This document shows positions 1-11,913 of a stretch of 64,000 nt of DNA, in pieces (the stretch's first letter is position 1; every line of letters begins with the position of its first letter). Source of the stretch: Asterias rubens. Lineage: Eukaryota. The notes beneath the pieces are model-generated. The model was given only the letters and a program-made list of their open reading frames with translations, searched no databases and had not been told where the DNA came from. The stretch is taken from assembly GCF_902459465.1 (NCBI RefSeq), contig NC_047065.1, positions 10,044,001 through 10,108,000 on the forward strand. The letters are read 5' to 3'. The translations under genes were made by a program, and so were the position numbers.

Positions 1-116
1 GGGAGCTGTTTCTCACAATGGTTTATATATAAACCTCTCCCCATTACTCGTTACCAAGTAAGGTTTTATGGTAATAATTATTTTGAGTAATTACCAATAG
101 TGTCCACTGCCTTTAA
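1..116. mobile_element. TTAA (Kolobok-like) MITE, partial at window edge
   Basis: Ends aattaccaatagtgtccactgcct|TTAA. Confidence 0.85.
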
Positions 117-164
117 AAACTAACTGATGTGCTTATTTGATTTCAAAAAAATCAGTGATTCTGG

Positions 165-819
165 TAGCCTTGCTCAAGGCAGTCGCATTATTCGCTCCGA
201 AAAGACACCGCTGTAAACCCACCCGTATACCGTGCGTGGTGCGTGCGAACACACCGCATGGCCCACCCGTACACACTGTCACATCGTACGACTACTGTGC
301 ACACAAGTCATCCGCACTCGTACCACTAACCGCATGCGGAGGCCGTTAGGCCGACAGCCTTGTCGGGTCTGTAACTTCAGGGTTTAATGTGTTGTATTGG
401 AAAATTTCCACTTGTGGAAAAAAATGGGGGGGCTCTCAGATATGCTAGTATGCAGCCCATGAATATGTATATCTTTCGTCAGACCTATCAGACAACACAG
501 GATGTGAGGCAAATGAATTATTCATTTTGACGTCCAATCACGCACGCCTACCATGCTCGCTGAGCGTCCGTGGTGGTGGTGTGTGAAGACATAACTCGTC
601 TTTCGCGGGCATTATGGTAATGAGCTGACCGTGGGAACTCTTTGCTTATTATAGTAATGAGGTCAGTGGCTTCAACACAGACCCTACAAGGCTGTCGGCC
701 TGACGGCCGACGCATGCGGATAGTGTACGGGGGCATCGTGTCGTGCGATGTTACGCACAGTGAATACGGGTGGGTTTTTATACAGCGACTGTATAATTCG
801 ACTGCCTTGAGCAAGGCTA
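165..819. mobile_element. Non-autonomous TIR element (TAGCC...GGCTA) with 9-bp TSD
   Basis: Long imperfect inverted repeats (tagccttgctcaaggcagtcg / cgactgccttgagcaaggcta); TSD TGATTCTGG at 156-164 and 820-828. Confidence 0.9.
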
Positions 820-867
820 TGATTCTGGTAAATTTATTCACTGCCCTTTGTTAGTTCTATGTCACAG

Positions 868-961
868 TACCCACTGAAATAACTCCTCTGAAATTGTTAC
901 TTGAAGCCATGTTTCACTTCTACATAGCACCAATAGTAAACATACAGGTTCACAAAGAAAT
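868..961 (+). CDS. Internal exon of an unidentified + strand gene (xPTEITPLKLLLEAMFHFYIAPIVNIQVHKEI), phase 1->2
   Basis: Acceptor tatgtcacAG (866-867), donor GTGAG at 962. Open frame; terminal AT joins the first C of the 1585 exon to give ATC (Ile) in frame. Confidence 0.7.
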
Positions 962-1584
962 GTGAGATTTACCATAACTTGTGCATTGCCTCAGTAACAT
1001 TTTGCATATAGCAGTGTACATCTTTCCCGCCATCTTATGATCTTTTTAAAGAGGATTTTGTTTGTATTTAATTTGTTCCTTCTATAATTGTTGACCTTAA
1101 TTACCTTTTTAAAGAAAATAGTTTGTCAGAATTCATTACCTGATTAAACATCACTTGTCAGGCCAGTTGAGAAAAAAAATACATTAGGAGGCAAGACAAG
1201 ATTGAGGGTACTCCTTTTGGAAAAGTGGGTGGGGTTTGTCAAATGATAAACTAGACTAAAAAGTTACCTATACACTGTATATACTGTACTCTGAATGTTA
1301 TAGCAATGCATTCTACTGAAGTCATATTTGATGTTTGTGTTTAGAGTAGGCAATTCCTCATAAAGTATTAGTACTTTAGGTACATGTAAGTGGAGAGTTT
1401 TCATTTTTATGAAATTTGTTTAAAAGTTTTCATGCCTTTAAAACAGCTTATTTTCTGTGGGTGTTTTGTATGGGTACAATTTAAATTTTCAATATAGTTG
1501 TTTGATAAAAGTTTTCTGATTGAACACCTATCTGTGAATGGCCAAACATGGCTAAGTGTTGTTTTCTTTGTTTCTTTTTGGTAG

Positions 1585-1702
1585 CAATTCAACCCAGGAG
1601 TATAAGGATGTAATTATAGAAATAATGAACGTGGTCAAGGACCATAAAGACAAGCTCATACCCGGTGAACCACAGCTCAATATTTGTGATGCTGCAGTAC
1701 AG
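1585..1702 (+). CDS. Penultimate coding exon of the unidentified gene (NSTQEYKDVIIEIMNVVKDHKDKLIPGEPQLNICDAAVQ), phase 2->0
   Basis: Long pyrimidine tract ttttctttgtttctttttggtAG, donor CAG|GTAAAA at 1703; lies within ORF 1556..1759. Confidence 0.8.
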
Positions 1703-3530
1703 GTAAAAACAGTTCTCATTCATCCCTTTGTTATTGTTTATTTTGTCTGCATGTTGTGAATTTGATGGTTTTTAAGCTTGTGACAACTTGATATTTCATT
1801 TATCTTTAAAACAAATCTAATGTAGTAGTACTCGCACAAACTCAAGTGCTACTTTTGTACCGTTTTGATGGTTCTCGAGTACCGGTACTCGCACTCGGAT
1901 AGCAATCTACTCATACTCAAAGTCCATACTTACTATTCAATTGTAAAACGATCTGTACTCTGACTTCGATGTTATGTTATAAAGTACTCTGAGTCTGATC
2001 AAAATACCACTTCTTTTCCACTCTCCTACCTGTATGCGTTATGCAAGGAGTAGAGGCATAAAACTCATTCTAAAATTGAAATTGAAGTCGTCTATGATGT
2101 GTTTAAAACAGACATTAATCGTACATGTAACAAAGCACACTACAGTCAAGGAGTTAGTATAAAAAAAACACTCAATGTTTTTATACCTCATGTTGCAGTA
2201 TTTGTGTAATGAAGTATTAATATTCCTACATGTATACTCATAAATATCCAAGTACTTTAGTACTCGGCTTTTGGACTGGCTATTCGGATATCAGAATACT
2301 TGGACACTTGTACTCATACTCGATGACACATACTTGAGTGAAAATCACTTGACAACACTTGTTTACATTGACCTAAAGCAAGTACATTTAGGTGAACATC
2401 TTTCATCAGATTATAAACATAATTATCTTTAAGCAGGCTTAAATTCTGATTGGTCGGTCCATAGCAACAAGAGTGTCATAAAAGCCTTTATTCATGTTAT
2501 TGCACGGCCCATATCACAACCTGTGTCTTGTGTGTTATATGTCACGTGCCAAGTGTGCTTGAAGATATTCGGCCTCGTTGGATATGGGACACAGAAGCGC
2601 TATATTTTTACGTATTCCACTCGCGCTTGTGTGATAACTTATAATGACATTATAATTTGAATAAATACTAAATAAATGCGTGCTGGGCTTTCATGAATCT
2701 TAATTATTTCCTATTTTGATATACCTGGCCTGAAGTTCTTTACTGACATTGTTCTCTTTGGATCACCTGTCAGCTGGGAGCTGCTGATTCTACTTAATCA
2801 TGAGCAAATATCCTTAGGCTATACATTTATTATATTTCATCTGATAACTTCTTGATTGGCAAGTTTCAAACAAGGTTCTGGCCATCTGCTAGGTAGATCA
2901 AAGGTCATTTGTCGCACAACCTAAACAAAATTAGTAGTCAATATGTGACCCAACTCCTTCATTATGTTTTGCCTTCGCAGAAGTGTTGCACTGTGTACAT
3001 TTATAAAACTGTTTCAAATTCCCCACGTACTTGAACAAACTATTTTTAATGTAGTTTTTTATGATGTGTTGAGTGTCAAAGTGTATGGGATAAGTGCCTT
3101 CAATTTCATTATTTGTAAAGAAAAACCTTCATCAAAAGATTTGTTTTATTTTACTGTTAAATACAACTAATATTATAATGATTTTTTTGTTCAGTGTGTT
3201 TTATAGCTGTATTGAGTTGAACCCTCATAATTTATAAGGCTATATTTCTTGTGTTTCTAACATGGTTTTATTATCACTAGTCTAATAGACAGACCAATCC
3301 AGCTTGGTATGTACATGTACATCCATATGGCTTTTTGTACATGAACATGTATGCATGGGTACTGTATGTTTGTTATTGATTTCTGAATAATGTTTAGTGT
3401 CATTTGTATGTCTACAATGTTTCATGTATTAGTTTCCATCACGCAACTGATAAATCAATGATACTAATAACTATACCAATCAACACATGTCGACTTATTG
3501 TGATGAATTTGCTTTTTCCCGTCTCTTTAG

Positions 3531-3617
3531 AATTGGGCCCCACCAGGATGTGAGAAATTAGGGGATTGTCTCCCAATACCAAAGTCCAATCCTTATAAGT
3601 GTGGATGGCCTCACTAA
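3531..3617 (+). CDS. Last coding exon of the unidentified gene (NWAPPGCEKLGDCLPIPKSNPYKCGWPH*)
   Basis: Strong acceptor gctttttcccgtctctttAG; phase 0 matches the previous exon; TAA at 3615-3617; Cys/Pro/Trp-rich protein-like C-terminus. Confidence 0.75.
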   Translation, partial: NWAPPGCEKLGDCLPIPKSNPYKCGWPH

Positions 3618-3968
3618 GCATTGGATACATCTTGGTAAGCTATCCCATTATAGTGATGTAATTTAATGTCAATTAGCAAAAATAATATTAAATCTCTCAA
3701 AGAGAAGGTTCATGTTTTATAACTGACAATGTCGCTGTGCAAAAAATGAATCATCCACAGAATATTTTATGAGCCAAATTCAAAATTTATTTTACCTCAA
3801 TTTCACAAGTTGGATTTAGAAACATAGGTCAAATTAGAAATTTGCAGGGAAAATTAAAGACAACAATAACTGTGTAAACTGGCTTCCCATTAAGCATCAC
3901 TGCCAGTCAGGTTTAATGTTCATCATATACTCGGGCAAAAACTACACATTATGTACAGGCATAGTGTA

Positions 3969-4317
3969 TTAAAGACACTGGACACTATTGGTAATTGTCA
4001 AAGACCAGTCTTCTCGTATGGTGTATGTCAACATATACATAAAATAACAAACCTGTGAAAATTTGAGCTCAAACAGTCGTAGAAGTTGCGAGATAATAAT
4101 GAAAGAAAAAAACACCCTTGTCACACGAAGTTGTGTGCTTTCAGATGCATGATTTCGAGACCTCAAGTTCTAAATCTGAGGTCTCAAAATCAAATTTGTG
4201 GAAAACTACTTCTGTTTCTCACAATGTTTTGTACTATCAACCTCTCCCCATTACTCATTACCAAGTAAGGTTTTATGATAATAATTATTTTGAGTAATTA
4301 CCAATAGTGTCCACTGT
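3969..4317. mobile_element. TTAA (Kolobok-like) MITE
   Basis: TTAA|AGACACTGGACACTATTGG...CCAATAGTGTCCACTG; shared internal gtgtgctttcagatgc...tttcgagacctc. Confidence 0.85.
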
Positions 4318-5206
4318 CAAATTAGCTTTGACAACTAATTGTCAATATTTATACAGTTAAACCTTCCCTTACCCATCCTATTACTAAAATAAAAATCACA
4401 CATTGATTATAATATGATTATAACATCTACACACTAATTAAAGTCTCATAACTAATCCTCAATCCAAAAAAGGCTCATTAATTATAAAAATCATCAAAGT
4501 CCCGCAAAATCAATTGTACAATGTAGCTACACATCTAAGTGAATCATTGTGTGACGATAGTTCCAAGTATAAATCGCATATTCTTGTCCAAAGGATGTTG
4601 AGGGATCTTAATGCAGTGAAGGATTCCTTATCAAAATACCAGGTCATATATTTTTTTTAGAGGTAACAACATTCTTAGTGTGTTATCTGTATAGTAGTCA
4701 AGGTAGTCCATACAGCAAAAGATGCACTTTATGTAATGTCAGTTTTATTGAAACATGAAACAAAAGAAGACTCTAAAATGAAACACTACTCAGCTAATGT
4801 TCTGAGCACACAGAATACAACCAAATGATTTGTTTTCTCAAACTATTTCTTCATAAGCTTGACTACAGTGTGTAGTAGTATGGGATGGTTGTATAGGTCC
4901 CTTAAAATGGCTGCCATCATTGAGATCAAACAATGAAAGTGTGCAGTTGTATGCGGAACTCTCAGCCAATGCCAGGTCTTCATTGACCTCAGGGTGCTGT
5001 TTAGTTGACATCATATGAAAGGGATCTATTGATTAACAAGTTGCCAAAACGACACACTTTTTGATCTTATTATAAAACTGTACAGTCTTTTGGTTTTACC
5101 ATGAAAGTCAAAAAGTGTATTAAAGTCAAAAAGTGTATTGGAAACAAATTAAAAAGTGTAGCTATATTTTAAGCAATGTTTAACTTAAAACTATAAATGT
5201 CAATAC

Positions 5207-5583
5207 TTAAAGGCAGTGGACACTGTTTGTAATTACTCCAAATAATTTTAGCATAAAGACTTACTTGGTAATGAGTAATGGAGAGCTATTGATAGTATAA
5301 AACACTGTGATAAACGGCTGCCTCTGATATAACAAAGTTTTTGAGAAAGAAGTAATTTTCCACGAATTTGATTTGAGACCTCAGAGTTAGATTTTGAGGT
5401 CTCGAAATCAAGCATCTGAAAGCACACAACTTCGTGTGACAAGTGTTTTTTTTATTTCATTCATATCTCGCAACTTCGATGACCCATTGAGCTCAAATTC
5501 TCACAGGTTTGTTATTGTATGCATGTTGAAAGAGTGGGAAGACTGGCCTTTTTACAATTACCAATAGTGTCCAGTGTCTTTAA
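5207..5583. mobile_element. TTAA (Kolobok-like) MITE, full length
   Basis: TTAA|AGGCAGTGGACAC...GTGTCCAGTGTCT|TTAA. Confidence 0.9.
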
Positions 5584-7050
5584 TGCCAACATTTTAAACG
5601 ACAAAGACAAATAAATAAACAAATTAACCGTAGAGAATTATTATTGTTGGATTGAACAGAGAGAGACAAATTTACCACCCACCTCCGAGTTTACATGTAA
5701 AAATAACAAAATAACAAATCTCACCCAATAATTGCCCAGTCAAGTTCCATTGTGGTTTATTACTTGATATAAAGAAAGGTTGCATCCCCTTACAATGCTG
5801 CTTCCCAAGTTGTGTAATAAACGAATGCAATCTACTGATATATGGTTGTATAGTTGTATGAATTTGACTGATGGCCTTGAACAGGTTATTGACAGAACAG
5901 GGACACTGCAACTACTTGACTTGTCTCGCCTCAAAAAGTTGCGACTTCAACACTAGTCAACCTAGAGGTTCAAATCCCTAAATACCCTAAATATGATTTA
6001 CAATTACCCTAATCCAGTCAGTCTCTTATGTGGTTTGTTACTTGAAATATCATTGTGGAAACTTTTCTTATATTAGTTTATGTTTTATATAAGATAGTTA
6101 TTTAACTACATAGTACTTATTTTCTCTACAGTATTTGTCTTTCCCTATGTTAAACAGCAGCTTCAGAATAATCTCAATGTTTTAACTTTTACCCTTTTTT
6201 GGCCAAACAGACATCGTAGATGCCGATTTATAACCATTTTACAAATTTGCATTTGGTAATAAATAATTCAAGTCAAAAAATGCACCTCTCTGCACGCCTT
6301 TTTCAGCAGAGAGTCAAAAACGGTATTTATTATAATGATCCCTTGGCGTCAGTGGCGATTTTTCCCTAATTTAGTTTGGACACAGTTCTCCAGCTTTGGC
6401 AAACTGAGGGCGCTATTTTCCACATCAAATAGCCGCCAATGACATCACAATTCCTTTGTCACGCGTGTTTGTTTGACCTCACGTTTTTCTGAACTTGAAT
6501 TGGCATGGAGTGTTTCGGAGAAACCATTTTTACCATGTTTTAACGTGAGGTACAAGACTCGTTATATGGTTTTTCTGTTTCCTGTGGACTGCATCTATTA
6601 CATAAAATGTTACAACTATGTATTTCTGAGCATTCTGCGGCCGCTGTTTAACATACTCAAGAGAAGGGATTAAACATGGGTGTTGTTATATGCTATCACT
6701 ATACCTCAAACATAATCGTGACCGAGAGTCGAGTGCTCATTGGTCCAATCATCATCATGTGTCAGGTGTTAATTCTGCTAATTACCAAGCATGCACGCAA
6801 GTATTCATGCAAGTGGTAAATGTGCATCACAAGTAATAGCTCCCCGGGAGCTATTCTACTTGCCATGAGCACTGCCATTGCGCGCAAGACGTCATCCCAG
6901 GGCGCTATTCTCCTTGTCATGCTTTTACAATTAGAGTACTGTTTTGTATACACGCACGAACGCTCTCTTAGCGACATCCAACACATGAACAAAGTTATCA
7001 TGTGAATTTTGTTTCACAGTCATCATTTTCTTTTGCTCAAACCTCATATA

Positions 7051-8863
7051 CAGTGGCGTAACCAGAGGGGGGGGGCAGGGGGGGGGGGGCCGTCGCCCCC
7101 CTCCCCCCGCTCAGAACCCTTGCCCCCCCCCCCCCATATGAAATCAGGGAAAAGTATACTCTTATAGGCCTAATATATAAATCGTTTAAGGCTGCATGAA
7201 ATGCTGCCGTAAAAAGGAAAACTTTTATTCATATCAGTAGGCCCGGTGGACTACTATAACATGAAAAATGCATGGAAACGCGCGCGCGATCGTATTGGCG
7301 GTAAAAATTGTTTGTTGTGGTTTTGTGGTTACGGAGAGTGCAGGATGTGACAAAGTTCTGTTAAAGGCAGTGGACACTATTGGTAATTACTCAAAATCAT
7401 TATTAGCATAAAACATTTCTTGATTACGAGTAATGGGGAGAGGTTGATAGTATAAAACATTGTGAGAAATGGCTCCCTCTGAAGTGACATAGTTTTTCGA
7501 GAAAGAAGTAATTTTCCACGAATTTGATTTTTGAGACCTCAAGTTTAGAATTGGTGGTCTCGAAATCAAGCATCTAAAAGCACACAACTTCGTGTGACAC
7601 GCGTGTTTTTTTCTTGCATAGTTATTTCGCAACTCTGACAACCAAACGAGCTCAAATTTTCACAGGTTTGTTATTTTATGCATATGCTGATATACACCAA
7701 GTGAGAAGACTGGTCTTTGACAATGACCAATAGTGTCCACTGTCTTTAAATACGTTGTGGTCTGAACGCAGACCAATGGCTCCGTTAACACAACTTAGTC
7801 AGATCATGGAGGTAGAACCTCCATGGTCATCTGACCGTGGAGGTAGAAATTTCTACATCTGCACTACAAAGAAATTTACTACAGCAAAATGGCCAGCGAA
7901 AAAGGTTGCTTAGACCATTTCTTCTCCTTTGAAGCAAGCAGTGCAATGGGAGACTTTCTGGGACGATAGAGGGCAGCAGACTTACCGGGTAAATCCATTG
8001 TTCTCAGAATTATGCGCATGTTCAGAACTACGTAAACAATGGAAATTTACCCAATATGTCTGCTGCCGCCTAGCGTTGGAAAGTCTCCTATTGAGAGGTA
8101 TGCCTATTTTAAATATCCGTTTCATAACTAAAATGTGATTATTAAACACCCACATTTCAATCCTGTTTTTTTTTACACTTGTTACAATAGAAGTAAAAAA
8201 AAGAAGAAACATGTTTAGTGTGTGGGTTTCTCAAAAAAAGGAAGGAGGAGGGGCTTTTCATTTTTTATTTCAAGATGGCCGCCATGAATGTCAAATATAA
8301 ATTGTTTTTTTCTGCTGCTGAAATACACAAAACATTAATGAAACAGTTTGGTCAAGGCATTCAGACAAGGCATTCAGATTTTTTTTGTTTTTGCGGAGAT
8401 CATTTAAAATAACCCTTTTTCAAAAAAAAAAAATTTGCATAAAAAAAACTTAAGAAAAAAAAGGAGGTGTCCTGTAAAAAGGAAGCGGGCGGGGACGCTT
8501 AACATTTCTATTTTTATATATTTACTTGGCCTAATAGTATTATGTTTTGGTTATTTACGCACCCACAGAGCCTATTTGAGAATGCCGTGTACAACTCTAA
8601 ATTGGTACTTGGTGATCACAGTTGGAAAGTTTTATCTTATACAAAATGACAAGTTCTCTAAGATTTTGTTGTTTTCGCAATCTTTTGTTACCTGCTGACT
8701 TTGTAGACTGTTTTAGAACTGCATTGGTGTGTATCAACTATATATCAGTTAACATATTTAATGATAATCTTGCACTTCTTTGGCCCCCCCCCCCCCCCCC
8801 CCCCCCAATTTAATCTTTGCCCCCACTTGCCCCACCAAATGAAAATGTCTAGTTACGCCGCTG
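7051..8863. mobile_element. hAT-like non-autonomous DNA transposon
   Basis: TIR CAGTGGCGTAAC / GTTACGCCGCTG; 8-bp TSD CTCATATA at 7043-7050 and 8864-8871; subterminal poly-G/C; contains a nested TTAA MITE. Confidence 0.88.
7361..7749. mobile_element. TTAA (Kolobok-like) MITE nested in the hAT-like element
   Basis: Both TIRs and both TTAA TSDs intact. Confidence 0.9.
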
Positions 8864-8902
8864 CTCATATAACATATAATATATATGAAGTACAGTAAAA
8901 TA

Positions 8903-9050
8903 AATACATGTATAACATGGTTTATTTCTGGTGACTAGTCGATGAGCTCCCCTCGGTATTGGAAGTTGACAAACTGTAGTTCCCTCGGAAAACACCTCGG
9001 GGAGCTTATATCGACCAGTCACCCTCAAACCATGTTATACTTGTATATTA
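8903..9050. mobile_element. Small TIR element
   Basis: tataacatggttt...gtgactagtcga / tcgaccagtcac...aaaccatgttata. Confidence 0.7.
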
Positions 9051-9871
9051 GTTATCACAAAAGCAATAGTGGAACAAGGAAATATTAAGCGTTTTTTCGT
9101 CCCATTTCCAACATGGTGTATGGGACGCAGGCATGCTATATTTTCCCCTATTCCATGACTGTGTGTTAACAAACTTATCTTTGAGTGAACTTGATGGGTA
9201 GCATTAAATGGTCCAATTAGCTGAGTCCGAACAGCTTTAATAGAGCTAAGGTTTGATATTGGCTTTGCAAAATAGGTTGATATCAAACTTGTTAATATGG
9301 CTGGACCCATAGGATTCAAACAATAACAGTTCAAAACCCAACAGTATACTTTTCTTCTAAGGAAGTAGTTTTGTTTTTATAGTAAAACCTAAATGGTACA
9401 CATATCATTATTTAATGTTACTTTACTAATATTTGTATCATAGGATTCTATTTGAAAAATTTTCTTTCAAAATGGAAAGTGTGTTTATTACCTTATTAGT
9501 TAAAAAACATGCTATTTTATATCACATAGTATACCCTTTTGTAATAAAACAATCTCTTTGCATTCAAACTCTAAACCAACCTTTAATAGATTCAAAATGT
9601 ATAATTTTTGTTAATTGTCCTGAAAACATTATTAATATAATAATTTTATCAAAAAACTGATTCCTCTTTATCATAACTATCACTCTTTGGAGGAATTTAA
9701 GGTTCTTTTCTTATTGAAGGTACAATCATGTACGTTTGTATTGGGAAGTTATTATTTGTACATATTATTCACATCTACATGTACATGCTTTGAAGACGTA
9801 TCACACATTAAAATATATAGCACTCATTTCAACAAGTTTTTAATTTGGAGATCATTATGTATTGTAAAGAT

Positions 9872-10205
9872 TTAAAGGAACATTACAGAATTTATTTTGC
9901 TAACAAGACAGTTGCTGGCAGTGTTAGCGCTTTATGTAAAACACCATATACATGAACAAACAAACCTGTAGAAGTTTAAGATCGATCAGCCATCTGGTCA
10001 CGAGAAAATAGTGAAAAACTTATTACACATTTTGCATGACATCGATTAATTTTTTTTTTAAATAAAATGCTCACTGAGCGATAAACTCCACAAGGGAAAT
10101 TAGTTTTGTTTATTTCTTTGTCATCAACATTAGACCGAGTAAGTTTTATGTTAATCTGTGATCTTAGACGATTTTTTTCTTACAATATCTGTAATGCTCC
10201 TTTAA
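9872..10205. mobile_element. TTAA MITE, different family
   Basis: TTAA|AGGAACATTACAGA...TCTGTAATGCTCCT|TTAA. Confidence 0.85.
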
Positions 10206-10602
10206 CCAAGAACAAGCCCAAGTCATTTACTCTGGCTGAGGTAATGAGCAAATGTCTTGTTCTCCAGTAATTCCACCCCACAAATCTACTCCATGGAATG
10301 CAGATGAGAAATTAAGTCACTTATAAAGATCATTTCTACTTCCCATCTTACATAATAAATTTGGATACAGCATTGTTCTTTGGAAGTTTATATTTATCAT
10401 TCAATCTCTCTGATCTTTAATAATAGCTAACCCAAGGTCATTGCTTAATTTAACCATCCTTTCACAGTCTTTGAGCACCATGTTGGAATGATGCATGCAC
10501 CAAAACGTTATTATACCAGCCACTGGTGTGTTGGGCTCATTCATTCTTGTTCCATGCAAGACAGACATCGTAAAAACATTAGCATGAGTCCAGGAGCCAC
10601 TG

Positions 10603-11123
10603 TCAAAAGTGAATTTGGATTTCTTTATTTGGATGAAGAGGCTGTGCAGCACTTCTCCTGAATGACTCGTTGTACTGGTTAGCACGTACCCAAGGGGAAT
10701 CAGGATCCACATAAGGTCTCTGCTGCCGGGGTTCAAATCCTAGCTCACTGTCCATGATTTTCTCATATTCCTTCATCTGGTTATTAGTCATTGGAAAGTC
10801 ATGGCTAGAGGTGGAAACCCCTGGCCCCCCAGTATTGTTGTTTGTGCGTGTAGATGGAAACTGACTGTACTGTGTGTTATATTTGTCCCCTAGTGAGTTC
10901 ATTTCATGAGACTCTTGGTTCTCTTTATCCATCATGAGCTGCACCTGCTGGTTCATCATTCTCCTCTTAGATGCCATTGTCTTAGCTTTCTCTCTTGTCC
11001 TTAGACATGAATGTCTGCATGTTACACAGGTTGTTATGACGGTTACAGATACAATAATTCCCATGGTAACAGCCAACACTATATCAACTTTACCATCCAT
11101 CCAGCCAGTCTGGTCTTTAACTT
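10603..11123 (-). CDS. Neto: Neto exon 7: transmembrane helix and cytoplasmic tail ending EIQIHF*
   Basis: Acceptor tgatatttcAG; TM IVLAVTMGIIVSVTVITTCVTC followed by a basic stretch; TGA at 10603-10605. The seven exons total 1503 nt (divisible by 3). Confidence 0.9.
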
Positions 11124-11869
11124 CTGAAATATCATAAAAGCACATGAACTTTTCAATAGGTTTTAGCATTGTATGACCAACCTTGTGCACTGTGATGCAA
11201 CCTTCCCTTGCCAATTGTTTGGACGAATGAGCCATAACAATTGCTTTGGGAATGACGCTGAGAATCAGCATAGAAAGTCAATGTACACCGTCCTATATTT
11301 AGTTCCATATATGACAGTCCAATTGCGGCAGTAAATACATTGCAAACTAAAGGATGATACGTGACATTTGCTCCACCAATCGTGAATAAGGATCTATGTG
11401 TGACTTTTATAAAACCTATCAACTTTGCAGTGTAACATGATAACCTTTGTTTGCAACTCTGCACAGTCTACCCGCAGTACACTCAATATAATAAGTCTCT
11501 TTTGTTATCTGCGCGAGTTAGCGTGATTTTTCATGCGTGACCTCGGTTTGAATACTAATTAGTCCAAAGGGCTTCTGAAATTCAGTCTTTTTCAGCCTTA
11601 TCTGAAAAGTATTGACATAAATAATGTAGAAGTACACTGAAATGAAGAGCATATCTGTCGTGTTGTATGAAAAAAACTTGCTGCAACTCAAATTTTAAAA
11701 AGAGAAATTTGAACGTAAAAAATGGCTTCCAAAATAAAGAAAACAAGTCACATATCTATAGGGCGCCGTTTATGACTTTATTACGACACCAATGTATATA
11801 GAATGACACCAATATATATGGAATGAAACCAATATATATAGAACGAAATAAATATAATGAATAGGGTAG

Positions 11870-11913
11870 ATGGCCTTAGCTTTTGATCCAATCCGGACCT
11901 TCTTCAGAGGCAT
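11870..11913 (-). ncRNA. Minimal type I hammerhead ribozyme of the PLE terminal repeat (G12A, probably inactive)
   Basis: Minus strand ATGCCT-CTGAAGA-A-GGTCC ggatt GGATC-AAAA-GC-TA|AGGC: stem I GCCT/AGGC, CUGANGA core, stem II, GAAA changed to AAAA, palindromic stem III. Confidence 0.8.

Noticed and set aside
1822-2360. ACTCG/CGAGT-rich block as a complete transposon
   Set aside because: It looks like a TE subterminal region ending acttgacaacact, but I could not find a matching TIR or TSD.
4086-4268. Recurrent MRDNNERK...HTKLCAFRCLIS ORFs (also at 7387, 25446, 28275, 44062 and 54273)
   Set aside because: All fall inside TTAA MITE copies, with frequent stops and frameshifts; they are not a gene family.
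6685-8875. An outer element (TGTTATATG...CATATAACA) enclosing the hAT-like element
   Set aside because: Only a 9-bp AT-rich match and no TSD; insufficient evidence.
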